In this document: positions 60,682 to 64,000 of the stretch, piece by piece
Layout: every line of letters begins with the position of its first letter
How positions within the stretch are numbered: position 1 is the first letter of the stretch
NCBI GenBank assembly: GCA_965603825.1
Contig: CBFDEM010000015.1
Location: forward strand, 124,001-188,000
Source: Blepharisma stoltei ATCC 30299
Lineage: Eukaryota > Protista > Ciliophora
Direction of reading: 5' to 3'
DNA length: 64,000 nucleotides
Made by a program: the position numbers and the translations under genes
Notes under the pieces: generated by a model
Databases searched by the model: none
Seen by the model: the letters and a program-made list of their open reading frames with translations, nothing else
What the model was told of the DNA's origin: nothing

Positions 60682-62664
60682 TTAGTCAAAAATCATTTTT
60701 CTAAGCTTTTCGTCTAATTCATTAGGTGCCACAAGAGGGTCGCTACAAGTAAAATTCTTACATAGAACTACATTAGATTCTTCATTTACAATTTCTCTTC
60801 TCGATATAACACAAAGAGACGGAACTTTGGACGCAACATTTAAAAAATCAAAAATCCTTATATCTCCTGGATGCCCTCTTAATGACACTGTTATATATCT
60901 ATGATATAACTCATATGCATTCAGCATAGTTGCAAGCATCATCGGCTGTCCTTTCATCAATGATGAAAAATATTGAATTTGATTTTCTATGTCTTCATCA
61001 TAATTATTTGTTTCAGTCAAAACCTTTAGCTTCACCATTACTTCGAGAGCTAATGAGTTCCCAGATGGAATTGGATCATCATTTAATTCTTTCAATGAAG
61101 ACGAAATTTCATTGACGTCTTTTTGCAAAAAATTATACCCACCGTCTTCTGCTTTATATTTTGTATTGATAACATTTGTCCAATCTTCTGCATATCTTAA
61201 ATATTCTTCATTAAAAGTGGCTTGATAAAGAGATAAAGCAGCTCTGCTTAAAGAAGCGTAATCTGACAAAAAAGAAACTGGGTTAATTTTTCCTTCCCTT
61301 CAGCTATGGTATATTGAGCCATTTGCGACCATATTTTCTACTATAAAAGAAAATGCATTTCTTGCTAACTGAAGCCACTCAGGCTTATCAAAAGCTAAAC
61401 TAGCCTGCACAAGTCCATAAATCATTAATCCATTTCAATCAGCCAGCACCTTGTCATCTTTATGTGGAGGCGTTCTCGTATTTCTTTCCTCCAATAAAAT
61501 TTGTCTGCACCTTGCCAATCTTTCATCTCCATAATTTCCTCTAAAATTTGACAAATTTAAAATATTTTTCCCTTCCCAATTCCCAGTGCTGGTTACATCA
61601 TATGATTTTTTAAAATATTCAGCGTCATCTCCTAATAAATTATCAATTTCAACTTCATACCATACATAATAAAGCCCTTCATGGCCTTCTGAATCAGCAT
61701 CTAAAGAGCTTGCAAATCCGCCTTCAGGTAATTTCATATCTCTCTCAATCCATCTGATTGTTTCTTCAACTCTTAACAAATACAAAGGATCTTGGGTCTC
61801 TTTCCAGGCAAGAGTTAATAATTCTATTAACTGAGCATTATCATACAGCATTTTTTCAAAGTGTGGCACAAGCCAAAATTGGTCTGTTGAGTACCTTGAA
61901 AAGCCCCCACCTATGTGGTCATAAATCCCTCCTTTTGACATTTGGCTCATAGCTAGTAAGAAGGCATCTTTATATTTTCTTGACTGAGTCCTTTCATATG
62001 ATCTCCAGAAAAAGGCTAATAAATTAGGACTTGGGAATTTAGGTGCCCCTGCAATGCCTCCATATCGAGGGTCCATATATGATAACAGCTTATCAGAAAT
62101 TGCGTTTAATGAGTCCAGGCTCATTGCTTGTCCTGCTTCAGATTGAATTTTTTCATTTTTTATTATATGGTCGATTTGATTAGCAGTGTTAATAATCGAG
62201 TGATTGTTTTTCTTATAAGAATCAGAAATAGTGGTCAAGACTTCTTTGAAGCCTGGAAGATTATATTTTCTGTGAGGAGGGAAATAGGTGCCGCCCCAAA
62301 ATGGCTTCCCTTCAGTATTGAGAAACATGGTAAGTGGCCATCCGCCTGATCTTCCTAATAATGATAAAGCATTTTGGTAATAGGAGTCTAAATCTGGCCT
62401 TTCTTCACGGTCCACTTTGATGTTAACGAAATTTTGGTTCATGATTTCAGCAACTTCTTCGTTTTCGAAACTTTCGTGGGCCATTACGTGGCATCAGTGG
62501 CAAGCTGAGTAGCCAATTGATAATAAAATTGGCTTGTTTTCTTGTTGGGCTTTTGTGAAGGCTTGGGCACCCCATGGGTACCAGTCTACTGGGTTAAATT
62601 GATGCTGAAGTAAATATGGACTGACTTCGTGAGCTAAGAGATTTTTTCTGATAGCGTGATGCAT
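60682..62664 (-). CDS. SPATA20/YyaL (DUF255 thioredoxin-like plus six-hairpin glycosidase-like) protein, 660 aa
   Basis: [25 protein letters not shown](TGA 62494)[10 protein letters not shown], [35 protein letters not shown]. Confidence 0.95.
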
Positions 62665-62928
62665 ATTTTAGATTATTAAGCATTTCTGATCTAGAATTTA
62701 CCATATTATTGCTAACTTAAGGAATTTTCACATAGAAAAATTTCCTGAATTTTAAATAGTCAAACTTAGAAAATGGCATCAGAACAAGATCTATAAAAAG
62801 TCTATTTTATTTCGAAAATATAATAAAATTCAATTATTTAGATTTTCAGTATAGAAAAGAAATAAAATCCTAAATAAGTGACTTATATTAACAATCAGCA
62901 AAAAATATGAAGCATTAACATCAATAAA

Positions 62929-63786
62929 ATGCTTGATACCAATGGCGAGTCTAATTCTCAAAGATCTAAAACAAAGCACAACACTGGATACATCTTTTGT
63001 GACGTCTGCTACATCCAGATTAAAAAGAATCCCACCAAAATGCAATGCTCTTCATGCAGTCATTATTTTTGCAAATATCATTTAAGACGATCCAAACAGT
63101 CTGAAGAGAACACTTGTGATAAATGCTTCAAAGACTTGATGAGAATTGATATAAAAGCAGGAAGAGCTTTAGAAATAAATGAATATAGGGATTTAGCAGA
63201 TGAAATTAAAAGAGAAAAGTTCAAAATAGGCGAAGATCTTAAAGCAAAAGCAAATAATATTTTAAAATTAGAAGAAAATATAAAAGACAATGAAAATCAA
63301 CATGCAATAAAAATTGCACAATTAGAACAAAAAATAAGCCAAGAAACGCAAATTAACTGCTATGTCCTGAGCGAAATTGATAGCCTTGGGGTTACAATAA
63401 AAAATTCAAAGCTGTCTCAAGAGATTTGGAAGAAGAAGTTAGCAGTTTTCCAAGAGGAAATTAATAAAAAGAATGAATTGAAAGAAAAAACCAATCAAGA
63501 GCAGGCTAAATCATTAAGAGAAATTGATCAATTGAATAAGCAAACTAGATTATTTATTCCATATGGTCGTTTAAGATCTATAACTTGCCCTGATTGTGTT
63601 AAGAAAATAAAAAGAGTATTTAGAGATGAAATCATAAGCGGGCTTAAAGCGGTAGGAAGAGATAGTTTGATTGAAAGTGTCATAGCAGCTAAAGCAAGTA
63701 TCCAAGCATTAAACCAAGGAAATGAAACAATTGCTGAGGGAAAAAGGGAGGAACCTAAAGATGCCTGCCATTGTATAATATCATAA
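62929..63786 (+). CDS. Zinc-finger (FYVE/B-box-like) coiled-coil protein with C-terminal CaaX (CIIS), 285 aa
   Basis: CDVC..CSSCSHYFCKYH..CDKC, then coiled coil, CPDC, ends CHCIIS. Confidence 0.75.
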   Translation: MLDTNGESNSQRSKTKHNTGYIFCDVCYIQIKKNPTKMQCSSCSHYFCKYHLRRSKQSEENTCDKCFKDLMRIDIKAGRALEINEYRDLADEIKREKFKIGEDLKAKANNILKLEENIKDNENQHAIKIAQLEQKISQETQINCYVLSEIDSLGVTIKNSKLSQEIWKKKLAVFQEEINKKNELKEKTNQEQAKSLREIDQLNKQTRLFIPYGRLRSITCPDCVKKIKRVFRDEIISGLKAVGRDSLIESVIAAKASIQALNQGNETIAEGKREEPKDACHCIIS

Positions 63787-64000
63787 ATAAATTTGCTTTT
63801 CCTCGATTTCTGAAAATATAATTTTATTTTTATAATTCATAAAGCTATTTTTTGTAAAAAAAAATCAGTTATCGGAATTTTCGGATAGATAGCAATCGAA
63901 TAGTCTCTATAAGTAATAATTCAAAAATTTAAGTTTTAAATGCTTTGGAATTTATTTTCTTATTTTTCTCAGCCATAATAAGCGAGACTTAGTCAATGAA

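Noticed and set aside
62485-62500. TGA within the CHxCH motif as selenocysteine
   Set aside because: The TGA occupies the conserved Trp of CHWCH, not a Cys position, and no SECIS-like element was recognised.
120-62664. Many genes appearing as pseudogenes broken by premature stops
   Set aside because: Breaks are in-frame TGA (at conserved Trp sites wherever a family motif allows a check) or stops inside 15-nt introns; no frameshifts were found.
1-64000. Prokaryotic (Mycoplasma-like, code 4) or mitochondrial origin; CRISPR, telomeric repeats, transposase
   Set aside because: Gene content is nuclear eukaryotic with spliceosomal introns. No spacer array, C4A2-type tract or transposase motif was seen.

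Overview
Gene-dense, AT-rich eukaryotic nuclear DNA, most likely the macronuclear genome of a heterotrich ciliate of the Blepharisma type (inferred). Two sequence-level facts support this. (1) In-frame TGA repeatedly falls at invariant Trp positions of conserved families (TVPVLWDK, CHWCH, IQIWD, DWRIRPL), while TAA/TAG end genes, so UGA=Trp. (2) Seven 15-nt GTAA...TAG introns, all with A at position 10, restore reading frames. The ORF track (TGA read as stop) therefore fragments many genes and misses some. Re-reading gives about 35 protein-coding genes. They include a glutathionyl-hydroquinone reductase, a 7TM-PIP kinase fusion, an atypical non-prenylated Rab-like GTPase, a SAPS/PP6 subunit, CK1, a membrane-anchored PFK, UPRT, a SUN protein, importin-5, PHAX, a Zn-finger/F-box/Zn-finger protein, a 2872-aa repeat coiled-coil, kinesin-14, an SK-like K+ channel, a PX sorting nexin with a partial duplicate, an RRM-SPOC protein, a WDR62/MAPKBP1-like protein, an RRP6/EXD2-like nuclease, cyclin H, a transmembrane PDE and SPATA20/YyaL. 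No rRNA, tRNA, CRISPR array, telomere or transposon was recognised. Family calls come from motif recognition, not database searches.
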